Below are positions 23,362 to 35,098 of a stretch of DNA of 64,000 nucleotides, piece by piece. The notes beneath the pieces were generated by a model. That model was given only the letters and a program-made list of their open reading frames with translations, had not been told where the DNA came from and made no database searches. Made by a program: the position numbers and the translations under genes. Every line of letters starts with the position of its first letter. Position 1 is the stretch's first letter. The stretch is taken from NCBI RefSeq assembly GCF_054482525.1, contig NZ_CM137006.1. One strand, 5' to 3'.

Positions 23362-24240
23362 TCAGGCCAGTTTATGGTTAGCCATTAATTCCAGCGCCTG
23401 CACTAACGCAGAGTGATCCAACTGGCTACCACCGTTTGCCGCACAGGTATTAAACAATTCCTGGCAGGTCGCGGTGTTTGGCAGATTCAGCGCCAGTGCT
23501 TTCGCACTTTGCAGTGCCAGGTTGAGATCTTTCTGGTGCAGCGCAATTTTAAAACCTGGATTAAAGGTGCGTTTAATCATGCGCTCACCGTGAACTTCCA
23601 GAATACGTGAGGAAGCAAAGCCGCCCATCAGCGCCTGGCGCACACGTACCGGGTCCGCACCGGCTTTTGAAGCAAATAGCAGGGCTTCAGAAACCGCTTC
23701 AATATTGAGCGCCACAATAATCTGATTTGCCACTTTGCAGGTTTGACCGTCGCCGTTACCGCCGACGAGGGTGATATTTTTACCGAGCAGTTCAAACAGC
23801 GGTTTAACACGTTCAAATACCGCTTCATCACCGCCAACCATAATCGACAACGTCCCTTCACGCGCACCGATTTCACCGCCGGAGACTGGCGCATCGAGAT
23901 AATCGCCGCCCAGTTCATTCACCTGACGAGCGAAACGCTTAGTTTCAATCGGGGAAATGGAGCTCATATCAACAATGGTTTTGCCCTTCAGCGAGGCTTT
24001 GGTACAACCATTTTCACCAAACAGAACTTCTTCAACCTGTGGTGTGTCCGGCACCATAATAAAAATGATGTCCGCTGCTTCCGTTACCTGGCGCGCAGTT
24101 TCAACACTGACGGCACCCAGTGACAGTAATTCATCAGCAACCGGACCAATGGTTGTGACATGCAGTTGATGACCGGCTCGCGCCAGATTAATGGCCATCG
24201 GTGTACCCATAATGCCTAAGCCAATAAATCCCAGTTTCAT
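23362..24240 (-). CDS. glxR: tartronate semialdehyde reductase
   Basis: 292-aa ORF MKLGFIGLGIMGTPMAINL... (NAD-binding GxGxxG of 3-hydroxyisobutyrate dehydrogenase family). Confidence 0.9.
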   Translation of the reverse strand: MKLGFIGLGIMGTPMAINLARAGHQLHVTTIGPVADELLSLGAVSVETARQVTEAADIIFIMVPDTPQVEEVLFGENGCTKASLKGKTIVDMSSISPIETKRFARQVNELGGDYLDAPVSGGEIGAREGTLSIMVGGDEAVFERVKPLFELLGKNITLVGGNGDGQTCKVANQIIVALNIEAVSEALLFASKAGADPVRVRQALMGGFASSRILEVHGERMIKRTFNPGFKIALHQKDLNLALQSAKALALNLPNTATCQELFNTCAANGGSQLDHSALVQALELMANHKLA

Positions 24241-24339
24241 AATTAACCTCTTTTAAATTTCGCTTTTCCTGAATTCAGACAACACGATCCCCTGCCAACT
24301 TAGCGGCCTAAAAAAGCATTGTCTGAATAGCGTTACGTT

Positions 24340-25116
24340 TTAACGGTACGGATCCATCCAGCCTAAACCAGCTTCCGTGGTGGTTTGGGGTTTATATTCA
24401 CAGCCAACCCAACCGTTGTAGTCAGAATTTTCAATTACCGTAAAGAGATATTCGTAATTAATTTCTCCGGTTCCCGGTTCGCCGCGATGCGGATTATCGG
24501 CAATTTGCAGGTGACCAATTTTATCGGCCCATTGAGTCATAGTGTTGGTTAATTCACCTTCCATCCGCTGCATATGATAAATGTCATACTGAATTTTCAA
24601 ATTGCAGCAACCGACATCATCAATCAGTTTCAGCGCCTGCCGAGTTCCGGTGAGATGGAAACCAGGAATATCAAAATGGTTGATAGGTTCAATCAGTAAT
24701 AAAATATCTTCTTTCATCAGCATATTCGCGGCATAACGCAGGTTTTCTACAAGCGTTGCGTGAATCTGTTCACTGCTGAAACCAGCCGGCGTTTTACCGA
24801 CCAGACAGTTAATTTTTTTATTACCCAGCGCACGGGCATAACGAATCGCTGCTGCTACGCCATCCCGAAACTCTTCTTCACGGCCAGGAATACAGGCAAT
24901 ACCGCGCTCCCCCGCCGCCCAGTCACCCGCCGGTAAATTGTGCAGCGTATGTTCGAGTTTATTACTCACCAGTACCTGTTTTAATTCTTCAATGTCGTAG
25001 TCATAAGGGAACATAAATTCAACACCGCGAAAACCACACTGCGCAGCTTTCTCAAAACGGGCGAGAAAATCATATTCACCAAATAACATCGATAAATTAG
25101 CAGAGAAACGTAACAT
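24340..25116 (-). CDS. hyi: hydroxypyruvate isomerase
   Basis: 258-aa ORF MLRFSANLSMLFGEYDFLARFEKAAQCGF...; TIM-barrel sugar isomerase family. Confidence 0.9.
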   Translation of the reverse strand: MLRFSANLSMLFGEYDFLARFEKAAQCGFRGVEFMFPYDYDIEELKQVLVSNKLEHTLHNLPAGDWAAGERGIACIPGREEEFRDGVAAAIRYARALGNKKINCLVGKTPAGFSSEQIHATLVENLRYAANMLMKEDILLLIEPINHFDIPGFHLTGTRQALKLIDDVGCCNLKIQYDIYHMQRMEGELTNTMTQWADKIGHLQIADNPHRGEPGTGEINYEYLFTVIENSDYNGWVGCEYKPQTTTEAGLGWMDPYR

Positions 25117-25128
25117 TATTTATCTCCC

Positions 25129-26910
25129 TTATTCATAGTGCATGAAGCAGGTTTCAGTCGGTGCGTCCACTGCGTTATCGGCGATATCTTCAAATTCCAT
25201 GACGTTATCCAGTTCGCTGCCCATCGAAATATTGGTCACACGCTCGAGAATAACTTCCACGACTACCGGTACCCGATATTGCGCCATTAAGGCTTTCGCC
25301 TGTTCAAAGGCTGGTGCAATATCTTCCGGTTTGAAGACCCGAATCGCTTTACAACCTAAACCTTCCGCTACTTTTACGTGGTCGACGCCGTAACCGTTCA
25401 CTTCACTGGAGTTAATATTTTCGAACGCGAGCTGTACGCAGTAATCCATATCAAACGCGCGCTGCGACTGGCGAATCAGCCCCAGATAGGCGTTATTGAC
25501 CAGTACATGGATGTACGGAATGTTGAACTGTGCGCCAACGGCCAATTCTTCAATCAGGAACTGAAAGTCGAAGTCACCGGAAATCGCCACCACTTTGCGC
25601 TCTGGATCAGCGGCACACACGCCCAGCGCCGCCGGAATGGTCCAGCCCAACGGGCCTGCCTGCCCACAGTTGATCCAGTGGCGGTCTTTAAAGACATGCA
25701 GCATTTGTGCCGCAGCGATTTGTGACAGACCAATGGTGGTGACATAACAAACATCGCGACCAAAGGCTTTGTTCATCTCTTCATACACGCGCTGCGGTTT
25801 CACCGGCACGTTGTCGAAGTGGGTTTTGCGCAGCAAAGTGCGTTTGCGCTGCTGGCAGTCGGCGACCCATTCTTTACGACACGGCAGACGACCCGCTTTT
25901 TGCATCTCCTGCGCCACTTCAACCAGCAGTGTCAGCGCCGCTTTAGCATCAGAGACAATGCCGAGATCCGGACACAGCACGCGGCCAATTTGCGTCGGCT
26001 CAATATCGATATGAACGATTTTGCGCCCTTCGGTGTATTTCTCTACCGAACCGGTATGACGGTTCGCAAAACGGTTACCGATACCAAACACCATGTCGGA
26101 CGCCAGTAGCGTTGCGTTACCGTAACGATGTGCGGTTTGCAGACCCACCATCCCGGCCATCAGTTCATGATCGTCCGGGATACAGCCCCAGCCCATCAGC
26201 GTTGGGATCACCGGAACGCTGGTCAGTTCAGCAAACTGTTGTAACAGTGCAGCTGCGTCAGCATTGATTACCCCGCCCCCGGCAACAATCACCGGACGTT
26301 CGGCCTGGATTAACATTTCTACCGCTTTTTCGATCTGCATACGGCTGGCAGCAGGTTTGTAGACCGGCAGCGGTTCGTACATGTCAGGATCAAACTCGAT
26401 TTCCGCAACCTGAACGTCGAACGGTAAATCCACCAATACCGGACCCGGACGACCAGAACGCATCAGGTGAAATGCCTGTTGCAGCACGCGAGGCACCAGC
26501 GCCGCTTCACGAACTGTAACCGCCATTTTGCTGACCGGTTTAGCAATTGCTTCAATATCTACGGCCTGAAAATCTTCTTTATGCAGACGGGCGCGCGGTG
26601 CCTGGCCGGTAATGCACAGAATAGGAATGGAATCAGCAGAAGCGGAATAGAGCGCGGTGATCATGTCCGTGCCCGCAGGACCGGAAGTCCCCAGACATAC
26701 GCCGATATTCCCTGCCGTTGCGCGGGTATAACCTTCCGCCATGTGCGAAGCACCTTCCACATGACGCGCCAGAATGTGACGAATACCGCCGTGCTTACGC
26801 ATCGCTGAGTAGAACGGATTGATTGCAGCTCCCGGAACGCCGAAGGCGGTGGTGATACCTTCTTTCTCCAGCACATACATTGCCGCGTCAACGGCTCTCA
26901 TTTTTGCCAT
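25129..26910 (-). CDS. gcl: glyoxylate carboligase
   Basis: ORF 25129-27000; probable start [21 protein letters not shown] (593 aa); ThDP-dependent enzyme. Confidence 0.9.
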   Translation of the reverse strand: MAKMRAVDAAMYVLEKEGITTAFGVPGAAINPFYSAMRKHGGIRHILARHVEGASHMAEGYTRATAGNIGVCLGTSGPAGTDMITALYSASADSIPILCITGQAPRARLHKEDFQAVDIEAIAKPVSKMAVTVREAALVPRVLQQAFHLMRSGRPGPVLVDLPFDVQVAEIEFDPDMYEPLPVYKPAASRMQIEKAVEMLIQAERPVIVAGGGVINADAAALLQQFAELTSVPVIPTLMGWGCIPDDHELMAGMVGLQTAHRYGNATLLASDMVFGIGNRFANRHTGSVEKYTEGRKIVHIDIEPTQIGRVLCPDLGIVSDAKAALTLLVEVAQEMQKAGRLPCRKEWVADCQQRKRTLLRKTHFDNVPVKPQRVYEEMNKAFGRDVCYVTTIGLSQIAAAQMLHVFKDRHWINCGQAGPLGWTIPAALGVCAADPERKVVAISGDFDFQFLIEELAVGAQFNIPYIHVLVNNAYLGLIRQSQRAFDMDYCVQLAFENINSSEVNGYGVDHVKVAEGLGCKAIRVFKPEDIAPAFEQAKALMAQYRVPVVVEVILERVTNISMGSELDNVMEFEDIADNAVDAPTETCFMHYE

Positions 26911-26930
26911 TTTATTCCTACCTCTATTAA

Positions 26931-26947
26931 TTGGAAAAATTTTCCAA
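26931..26947. promoter_or_regulatory. candidate AllR operator in gcl promoter
   Basis: Perfect 17-bp palindrome ttggaaaaattttccaa about 20 bp upstream of gcl start. Confidence 0.7.
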
Positions 26948-26999
26948 CTTTCAAATTTTGTCAAAAAAACCCGCTCCGCAGAGCGGGATGCGACAGACA

Positions 27000-27815
27000 C
27001 TATGGATGTGCTTTCAGTCCCAACGCCGTGCTGATATCGCGGGCGGTGTCTCTGACCAGCTCACCCTGACTGACAAAACGATCTTCTGTCAGTCTTGATG
27101 AAGGCCCGGAGATGGAGATAGCGGCAACAACGCTACCTACATCATCGTAAATTGCTGAAGCTATGCAATTCAGACCTACAACATGCTCTTCTTTATCTAC
27201 GGTATAGCCCAGTTCACGCGCTTGTTCCAGGTCCTTCAGCAAGGTGGGCATATCCACAAGCGTAGTTGGCGTAAACTGCTGCAAACCGGTTTGCAGAATG
27301 ATGCTCATCAACTCCTCTTCCGCCAGCGGATAAAGCAACGCCTTGCCCGCACCGGAAGCATGCAGCGGCAGACGACTGCCCAGTGGCGCACACATCCTGA
27401 CCATCGATTTACACTCTAACTGACCAATTAATACTGCTTCATTGCCGTTACGAATCGCGACATTGACCGTTTCGCCGGAAAGTAACATCAGGCGGCGCAT
27501 AAACGGCCCGGCGACGGAGAGGACATCGCGGTTATGGATGTACGCCGCACCGACATTAAAGACACCTAATCCTATATGCCACCAGCCTAACTGACTGTCC
27601 TGATAGACAAAATCCGCTGCCTGTAAAACCTTCAGCAAGCGAAAGGTCGTGGAGAGCGGCAAATCCAGATTGAGAGAAATATCGCTAACCGACGAACTCC
27701 CCCCACTTTTTTCCAGATATTGCAGAATCGCAATTCCCCGCTCTAACGCCTGTGCGCCCTTCTGTGCCACAGGCTCCGCCTGTCCTGGCCTGCCGCGCCG
27801 TCTAACTTCCGTCAT
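27000..27815 (-). CDS. allR: IclR-family repressor of allantoin/glyoxylate regulon
   Basis: 271-aa [37 protein letters not shown]...; IclR HTH and effector domain. Confidence 0.9.
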
Positions 27816-27892
27816 ACCTACGTTAACTCCGACCTACAAGTGAGCATAAACAATGAACAATTAGTTTATCTTATGCAAGTCGGTTGCAGGCG

Positions 27893-28375
27893 TCACGCAA
27901 AACAGAGTTCCTGTTCAGGAATACTTTCAACATCACAGTTGTCACTGCCGCCGCGATCGATGGTCAGAAAATCGGTGACGCGCTGCCAGGCGAAAAGTGG
28001 GTGATGCCAGACGTTACGATGGTAATTCACTCCCTGTTCGCCGTTGGTAATAAACGCCCGCAGCGTTGACAGGTCTGGTTTGTCGTCACCTAACGCCACG
28101 ACCACCACAAACACTTCACCTTTCATCGGGATAAACGCCTGTGTACCCAGCGGATGACGTTCGAGTTCGTGAATGGTCAGCGGCAGATTCGCCGGTTGCG
28201 CGCGGTTAATGCTGATGAGCGTACGGTCTTGCTCAAGAATCTCAACCAGCGCCAAATCGTGGTAACGCTCCACCAGGCCATTGTTAATATGGAAAAAATC
28301 CCGTTGCTGCGTTTCGATTACGTCGCCATAAGCACTAAAGGCTTCCTGACTTAACGGTAATACCTGAAGTTTCAT
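27893..28375 (-). CDS. allA: ureidoglycolate lyase
   Basis: 160-aa [24 protein letters not shown]...; synteny. Confidence 0.9.
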
Positions 28376-28480
28376 CTTTTTGTCCTTATAACATAATTCC
28401 GTTCAACCACCGCCGACCGGTCAGCTTGGTTTCAATAACAGGCAATCTAAAACCTTAAGAGAACAACATCAACACAAAAG

Positions 28481-28497
28481 TTGGAATATTTTTCCAA
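28481..28497. promoter_or_regulatory. candidate AllR operator in allA-allS divergent region
   Basis: Near-palindrome ttggaatatttttccaa, same family as the gcl-promoter palindrome. Confidence 0.65.
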
Positions 28498-28604
28498 AAC
28501 TAGATTTAGTCCACAAATTGAACAGGGTTATCATGTAAAAATACTGATAAATCAGAGGATAAGAAAATCACGCAACTTGCGGATTTAAAAGGGGATACCT
28601 GAAG

Positions 28605-29531
28605 ATGTTCGATCCAGAAACCTTGCGGACTTTCATTGCGGTTGCTGAAACAGGAAGTTTTTCAAAAGCGGCAGAACGATTATGTAAAACCACGGCGACG
28701 ATCAGTTATCGCATTAAACTTCTGGAAGAGAATACCGGAGTGGCGCTGTTTTTCCGCACGACTCGCAGCGTGACGTTGACAGCGGCTGGCGAGCATCTAC
28801 TTTCTCAGGCCAGAGACTGGCTGAGCTGGCTGGAAAGTATGCCCAGCGAGCTGCAACAGGTGAATGATGGCGTGGAACGCCAGGTGAATATTGTCATCAA
28901 CAACCTGCTCTACAACCCCCAGGCCGTCGCCCAGCTGCTGGCGTGGCTGAATGAACGTTACCCCTTTACCCAGTTTCACATCTCCCGACAAATCTATATG
29001 GGCGTCTGGGACTCGCTATTGTACGAAGGTTTTTCACTGGCTATCGGCGTCACGGGAACCGAGGCGCTGGCAAATACCTTTAGTCTTGATCCCTTAGGAT
29101 CGGTGCAATGGCGCTTTGTCATGGCGGCGGATCATCCGCTGGCGAACGTTGAAGAGCCGCTAACAGAAGCTCAGTTGCGTCGCTTTCCGGCGGTCAATAT
29201 TGAAGACAGCGCCCGCACCTTAACCAAACGCGTCGCCTGGCGATTGCCAGGGCAAAAAGAGATTATTGTTCCTGATATGGAAACGAAAATCGCCGCCCAT
29301 CTGGCGGGCGTTGGCATTGGTTTTTTGCCAAAATCACTTTGCCAGTCAATGATTGATAATCAACAACTGGTCAGCCGGGTAATCCCAACGATGCGCCCGC
29401 CTTCGCCATTGAGTCTGGCATGGCGCAAATTTGGCAGCGGCAAAGCGGTAGAAGATATTGTGACCTTGTTTACCCAACGCAGGCCGGAAATCAGCGGATT
29501 TTTAGAAATTTTCGGCAACCCACGCAGTTAA
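28605..29531 (+). CDS. allS: LysR-family activator of allD operon
   Basis: 308-aa [29 protein letters not shown]...; LysR HTH. Confidence 0.9.
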
Positions 29532-29584
29532 AAATCAAGTTTCCTTGCGCGTTGGCGCGTAAAATAGCGCGCAAGCTGATTTGA

Positions 29585-30694
<1,110 letters not shown>

Positions 30695-30761
30695 TGGGCG
30701 GTATTCTGAAACGGCGATTGTCGTGAGAACAGAATGGTTGCACCAGAATACAGATATAAAA

Positions 30762-30790
30762 AAACCGACATGACAGTCGGTTTTTTTATT
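30762..30790 (+). terminator. rho-independent terminator after mnmH
   Basis: aaaaaccgacatgacagtcgg hairpin followed by tttttttatttttt. Confidence 0.7.
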
Positions 30791-31105
30791 TTTTCCGCCC
30801 AAGACTTGGTGGTTCCGGGCAGAAATGAAACAGTCCTCATCTAGCAAGTGAATTATAAGTCAGGATGCCTACATATTCAAACAGCTATGTTGGCGATACA
30901 ATCCCGACGCTAGTAGTGATACTGCCTCAAGGGATTACCGCAGTGCGGAAAAGTACTTTTAAGTCCTGGTCAGGATACAGGTGGTGCTGATTCTGGTGCT
31001 CTAATTTGGAGAGAGGCAGTCCTCATCTAGCACATGAAGAAAATCATAGTTACAGGCAACGTAAGGGTAAGCTGTGATTGTCTTTCTCCCTTAAGGGAGC
31101 AACGG

Positions 31106-31189
31106 ATGAAAACTTTTCTCGATAAAGTTCTCATCGTTCTTAAGGCGCTAATCGCGCTGCTGGAACTGATCCGTCAGTTTATTGAATAA
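31106..31189 (+). CDS. candidate 27-aa hydrophobic peptide (DinQ/TisB-like type I toxin?)
   Basis: atg preceded by agggag Shine-Dalgarno; encodes MKTFLDKVLIVLKALIALLELIRQFIE, a single amphipathic/hydrophobic helix; followed by a hairpin. Below the six-frame track length cutoff. Function inferred only from resemblance. Confidence 0.35.
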   Translation: MKTFLDKVLIVLKALIALLELIRQFIE

Positions 31190-31197
31190 CTGAGGAA

Positions 31198-31236
31198 ACG
31201 TAGCTAAGGCCGAAGGTTTACCACCTTCGGCCTTTA
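31198..31236. terminator. hairpin downstream of small ORF (possible bidirectional terminator)
   Basis: aaggccgaaggtttaccaccttcggcctt inverted repeat flanked by T-run on one side and A-run on the other. Confidence 0.5.
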
Positions 31237-31289
31237 AAAAAACCGACATGACAGTTGGTTTCATATTTATTGCCAAAATGCACACTGTT

Positions 31290-31390
31290 CATGCCAGATG
31301 CGGCGTAAACGCCTTATCCGGCCTACACAATCTTGCAAAATCAATATATTGCACGATCCTCGTAGGCCTGATAAGCGTAGCGCATCAGGC
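31290..31390. repeat. REP/BIME palindromic units
   Basis: gccagatgcggcgtaaacgccttatccggcctaca and gtaggcctgataagcgtagcgcatcaggc match REP consensus. Confidence 0.6.
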
Positions 31391-31406
31391 AATCTAACGC
31401 CTGTCA

Positions 31407-33821
31407 TCATCCCGCAAACTGCCTGAACAGCGCCTTACCCTTAACCAGTCGCGCACCCAGCCAGCCGCCGAAAAGCGACAGCAGCAGCGCACCGCTGCAC
31501 GGCAGCACAATCCACAATCGCCAGTCTGGCTCCCACGGGAAATCAAACACTTTCGCCTGCAACACTGCCAGCGCCGTTTCCGCACCAATTGCGGCTACCA
31601 GGCCAGAAACAAACCCAAGCATGGCGAACTCACACCACAATGTCGTGCGCAGCAGTTTTTTCCCCGCTCCGAGTGTGCGCCACACCACCAGCTCCTGATG
31701 ACGCTGACGCATTCCCACCTGCACCTGTGCCAGCAACAGCAACATACCGCAGGCGGTGACCAGCACCACCATCACTTCCAGCGCCCGACTTACCTGCTCC
31801 AGCACCTGGCCGACCTGTTTTAAAATCGCGCCAATATCTAACAGGCTAATTGTCGGGAACTGGCGGTTGAGTTGCGTCAACATGCCGTTGCCATTCTCCC
31901 AGCGGAAACTGGTAAGCCAACTCTGCGGTTGTCCGTCTAATGCCCCTTCAGGGAAAATAAAATAGAAATTAGGCCGCAGACTTTCCCAGTCCACTTTGCG
32001 AAGGCTGGTCACTTTAGCGCGGAACTCCTGGGTATCGCCCATAAAGGTGACTGTATCGCCGAGGCCAACGTTTAAGCGTTTCGCCAGCCCCTCTTCCATC
32101 GACACTTCATCGGCTTTTGGCGGCCAGTTACCGGCGACAATCGGATTATGATCGGGCCGCGTATTTTGCCAGGTAAGATTAAGTTCGCGATTGAGCGCCT
32201 CATCTTCATTGCCTTCTGTCGGCTTGCCGTTAATCGCCGTCAGTCTCGCCCGCACCACCGGATAAAATGATTCCGGGACTATCTGATGTTCCGCGAGGAA
32301 CGCTTTTAGCGGTGCTACCTGTTCTGTGGCGATGTTGATTAAAAAATAGTTCGGGCTTTCTGGCGGTAGCTGCTGTTGCCAGCGGTCGAGCAGATCACCA
32401 CGCAATACCAGCAACAGCGCCAGCAGCATAAAGGAGAGCGAAAATGCCGAAAGCTGGCTTAACGTTGACCACGGCTGACGTAACAGGCGGCTAACCGCCA
32501 GGCGCAGAGGCAGCGATTTCAGCGTCATGCGGCGAAGTACATTCAGCAGCATCCAGCCCAGCACACCGCACAGCAAAGCCAGTACTACCGCGCCCGCCAG
32601 CACCGCCCAAAGCAGCATGCTGCCACCCATTAATCCGGCGAGCAGCACCACAACCACCACACTGACAATCGGCAGATAAAACTTCAGCGGCCAGACGTTC
32701 GCTACCACATCATTACGTAATACGCGTAAAGGCTGCGTTGCCAGCAACAAGCGGTATGGTCGTAGCCCCACCAGCAGCGAGATAACCGTCATGGTGCCCA
32801 GCGCCCATAGCCACGGCCAGAGGCTGGCTGGCGGTAGTGCAGCAGGCAGAACGGGCTTGAGCAGCACCATCAACACGTTTTCGAACAACAGGCCTATCGC
32901 CCCGCCGGTAACGGCTGAAAGCGCCAGCACCATCAACCACTGACCGACGATTAGCTTACGCAGTTGCGCTCGCCCTGCCCCCAGCGTTTTGAGGATCGCC
33001 ACCAGATCGTAGCGACTGCGACAGTAATGATTCATCGCCACCGCCACCGCTGCCACTGCCAGCAGCAAGGTCAGAAGCGCCGAAAGCAGCAGGAACTGTT
33101 GCGAGCGTTCCATCGAGCGCCCCAGCGCGCCTTCGTCCTGTTCCAGACCGTACCAGCGTTGTTCGGGTTTAAGCTGGGGTAACAACCATTTCTCATAGCC
33201 GTCGAGCTGGTTCTCGTTGCCGCCGAATTTATAGCGCCAGGTGACCCGACTTCCCGGCTGCACGGCTCCGGTTTTATCGACATCCGCCAGATTCATCATC
33301 AGACGCGGAGCCATCTGGAAGGGGTTAAAACCGGAATCCGGTTCCTGAATCACTTCTCCGGCAATCCGCAAGGTGGCATCACCCACGTCGATGGTGTCGC
33401 CTGTTTTCAGGTTAAGCAGTGCCATCAGGCGTGGGGCCAGCAATACGCTGCCCGCCTGCGGTTTCAGGCCAGGGGGATTAGTTTGCAGATCGCCATACAT
33501 CGGGTAGATATCATCCACCGCTTTGACGTTCGCCAGCTGCGGTGTGTCGCCTGCAAATGTCATGGTGGCGAAAGTCAGCTGCTTGCCGACTTTCAGGCCG
33601 CGCTTTTGCGCTTCCTCCAGCCACGCTTGCGGCACTTCGCGCGAACTGCGCAACGCCCGATCGCCCGCCATAAACTCCCGGCTTTGCTGGCTTAAGCCCT
33701 TCTCCATGCGATCGCTGATATTGCCCAGCGCCAGCACGCAGGCCACCGCCAGGCTTAGCGCCAGCCAGACAATTAATAGCGACGGCGAGCGCCATTCGCG
33801 CCAGAACCAACGTGCAATCAT
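31407..33821 (-). CDS. ybbP: ABC transporter permease (FtsX-like, two-repeat)
   Basis: 804-aa polytopic ORF; 4-bp overlap with upstream ATPase gene ybbA. Confidence 0.9.
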   Translation of the reverse strand: MIARWFWREWRSPSLLIVWLALSLAVACVLALGNISDRMEKGLSQQSREFMAGDRALRSSREVPQAWLEEAQKRGLKVGKQLTFATMTFAGDTPQLANVKAVDDIYPMYGDLQTNPPGLKPQAGSVLLAPRLMALLNLKTGDTIDVGDATLRIAGEVIQEPDSGFNPFQMAPRLMMNLADVDKTGAVQPGSRVTWRYKFGGNENQLDGYEKWLLPQLKPEQRWYGLEQDEGALGRSMERSQQFLLLSALLTLLLAVAAVAVAMNHYCRSRYDLVAILKTLGAGRAQLRKLIVGQWLMVLALSAVTGGAIGLLFENVLMVLLKPVLPAALPPASLWPWLWALGTMTVISLLVGLRPYRLLLATQPLRVLRNDVVANVWPLKFYLPIVSVVVVVLLAGLMGGSMLLWAVLAGAVVLALLCGVLGWMLLNVLRRMTLKSLPLRLAVSRLLRQPWSTLSQLSAFSLSFMLLALLLVLRGDLLDRWQQQLPPESPNYFLINIATEQVAPLKAFLAEHQIVPESFYPVVRARLTAINGKPTEGNEDEALNRELNLTWQNTRPDHNPIVAGNWPPKADEVSMEEGLAKRLNVGLGDTVTFMGDTQEFRAKVTSLRKVDWESLRPNFYFIFPEGALDGQPQSWLTSFRWENGNGMLTQLNRQFPTISLLDIGAILKQVGQVLEQVSRALEVMVVLVTACGMLLLLAQVQVGMRQRHQELVVWRTLGAGKKLLRTTLWCEFAMLGFVSGLVAAIGAETALAVLQAKVFDFPWEPDWRLWIVLPCSGALLLSLFGGWLGARLVKGKALFRQFAG

Positions 33822-34504
33822 GCTTCCTCCTGCAACTGCCCGTTCATCAGCCGTAAGCAGCGGTCGCAGCGTGCCGCCAGTTGCAGGTCGTGGGTCACCA
33901 TAATCAACGTGGTGCCATGTTCACGGTTGAGGGAAAACAGCAGGTCGGCAATTTTATCGCCCGTCTGGCGGTCAAGGTTGCCGGTGGGTTCGTCGGCAAA
34001 CAGCACATCAGGCCGACCATTAAAGGCTCGCGCCAGCGCCACTCGTTGCTGTTCGCCGCCGGAAAGCTGTGCCGGAAGATGATCAAGACGTTTACCCAGC
34101 CCTAACTGTTCGAGCAACGCTTTCGCTCCGTTACGACTTTCCGCGCTACTCTCACCGCGCAGCAGCGCCGGAAGCTCGACGTTTTCCAGCGCGTTAAGGG
34201 TAGGAATTAACATAAATGACTGAAAAACAAAGCCGACGTGCTTCGCGCGCAACTTTGCCCGCGCTTCTTCGTCCATATTATGTAGCGGTTGTCCCACCAG
34301 ACTCACTTCGCCACTGCTGCCGTCATCCAGCCCGGCGAGGATCGCCAGCAAGGTTGACTTACCCGATCCCGACTCGCCCACCAGTGCGATGGTCTCGCCA
34401 CGTTTGACAACCAGCTCAACTCCGGTGAGGATGGAGAGTTCATGCTCCCCCTGACCGACGGACTTCTTAAGATGATGAACTTCAACAATGTTTTCCGCTG
34501 GCAT
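33818..34504 (-). CDS. ybbA: ABC transporter ATP-binding protein
   Basis: 228-aa ORF with Walker A (GESGSGKST), signature LSGGEQQR, Walker B. Confidence 0.9.
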   Translation of the reverse strand: MPAENIVEVHHLKKSVGQGEHELSILTGVELVVKRGETIALVGESGSGKSTLLAILAGLDDGSSGEVSLVGQPLHNMDEEARAKLRAKHVGFVFQSFMLIPTLNALENVELPALLRGESSAESRNGAKALLEQLGLGKRLDHLPAQLSGGEQQRVALARAFNGRPDVLFADEPTGNLDRQTGDKIADLLFSLNREHGTTLIMVTHDLQLAARCDRCLRLMNGQLQEEA

Positions 34505-35098
34505 TTGCCCTTCCTGTTCCTGGTCCTGTTAACCTTCCGTGCCGCCGCAGCGGACACGTTATTGATTCTGGGTGATAGCCTGAGCGCCGGGTATCGAATG
34601 TCTGCCAGCGCGGCCTGGCCTGCCTTGTTGAATGATAAGTGGCAGAGTAAAACGTCGGTAGTCAATGCCAGCATCAGCGGCGACACCTCGCAACAAGGGC
34701 TGGCGCGCCTTCCGGCTCTGCTGAAACAGCATCAGCCGCGTTGGGTGCTGGTTGAACTGGGCGGCAATGACGGTTTGCGTGGTTTTCAGCCACAGCAAAC
34801 CGAGCAAACGCTGCGCCAGATTTTGCAGGATGTCAAAGCCGCCAACGCTGAACCATTGTTAATGCAAATACGTCTGCCTGCAAACTATGGTCGCCGTTAT
34901 AATGAAGCCTTTAGCGCCATTTACCCCAAACTCGCCAAAGAGTTTGATGTTCCGCTGCTGCCCTTTTTTATGGAAGAGGTCTACCTCAAGCCACAATGGA
35001 TGCAGGATGACGGTATTCATCCCAACCGCGACGCCCAGCCGTTTATTGCCGACTGGATGGCGAAGCAGTTGCAGCCTTTAGTAAATCATGACTCATAA
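34472..35098 (+). CDS. tesA: periplasmic acyl-CoA thioesterase I / lysophospholipase L1
   Basis: ORF 34442-35098; probable start MMNFNNVFRWHLPFLFLVLLTFRAAAADTLLILGDSLSAGY (GDSL hydrolase motif). Confidence 0.9.
   Translation: MMNFNNVFRWHLPFLFLVLLTFRAAAADTLLILGDSLSAGYRMSASAAWPALLNDKWQSKTSVVNASISGDTSQQGLARLPALLKQHQPRWVLVELGGNDGLRGFQPQQTEQTLRQILQDVKAANAEPLLMQIRLPANYGRRYNEAFSAIYPKLAKEFDVPLLPFFMEEVYLKPQWMQDDGIHPNRDAQPFIADWMAKQLQPLVNHDS

Noticed and set aside
25129-27000. Extended 623-codon gcl ORF starting at 27000
   Set aside because: The extension would overlap the allR stop and the AllR operator/promoter; the internal start MAKMRAV... with the promoter palindrome upstream is more plausible.
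30848-30863. Possible LexA box (ctacatattcaaacag) upstream of the DinQ-like ORF
   Set aside because: Departs from the CTGT-N8-ACAG consensus at the critical first half-site (CTAC instead of CTGT); too weak to call without a scoring matrix.
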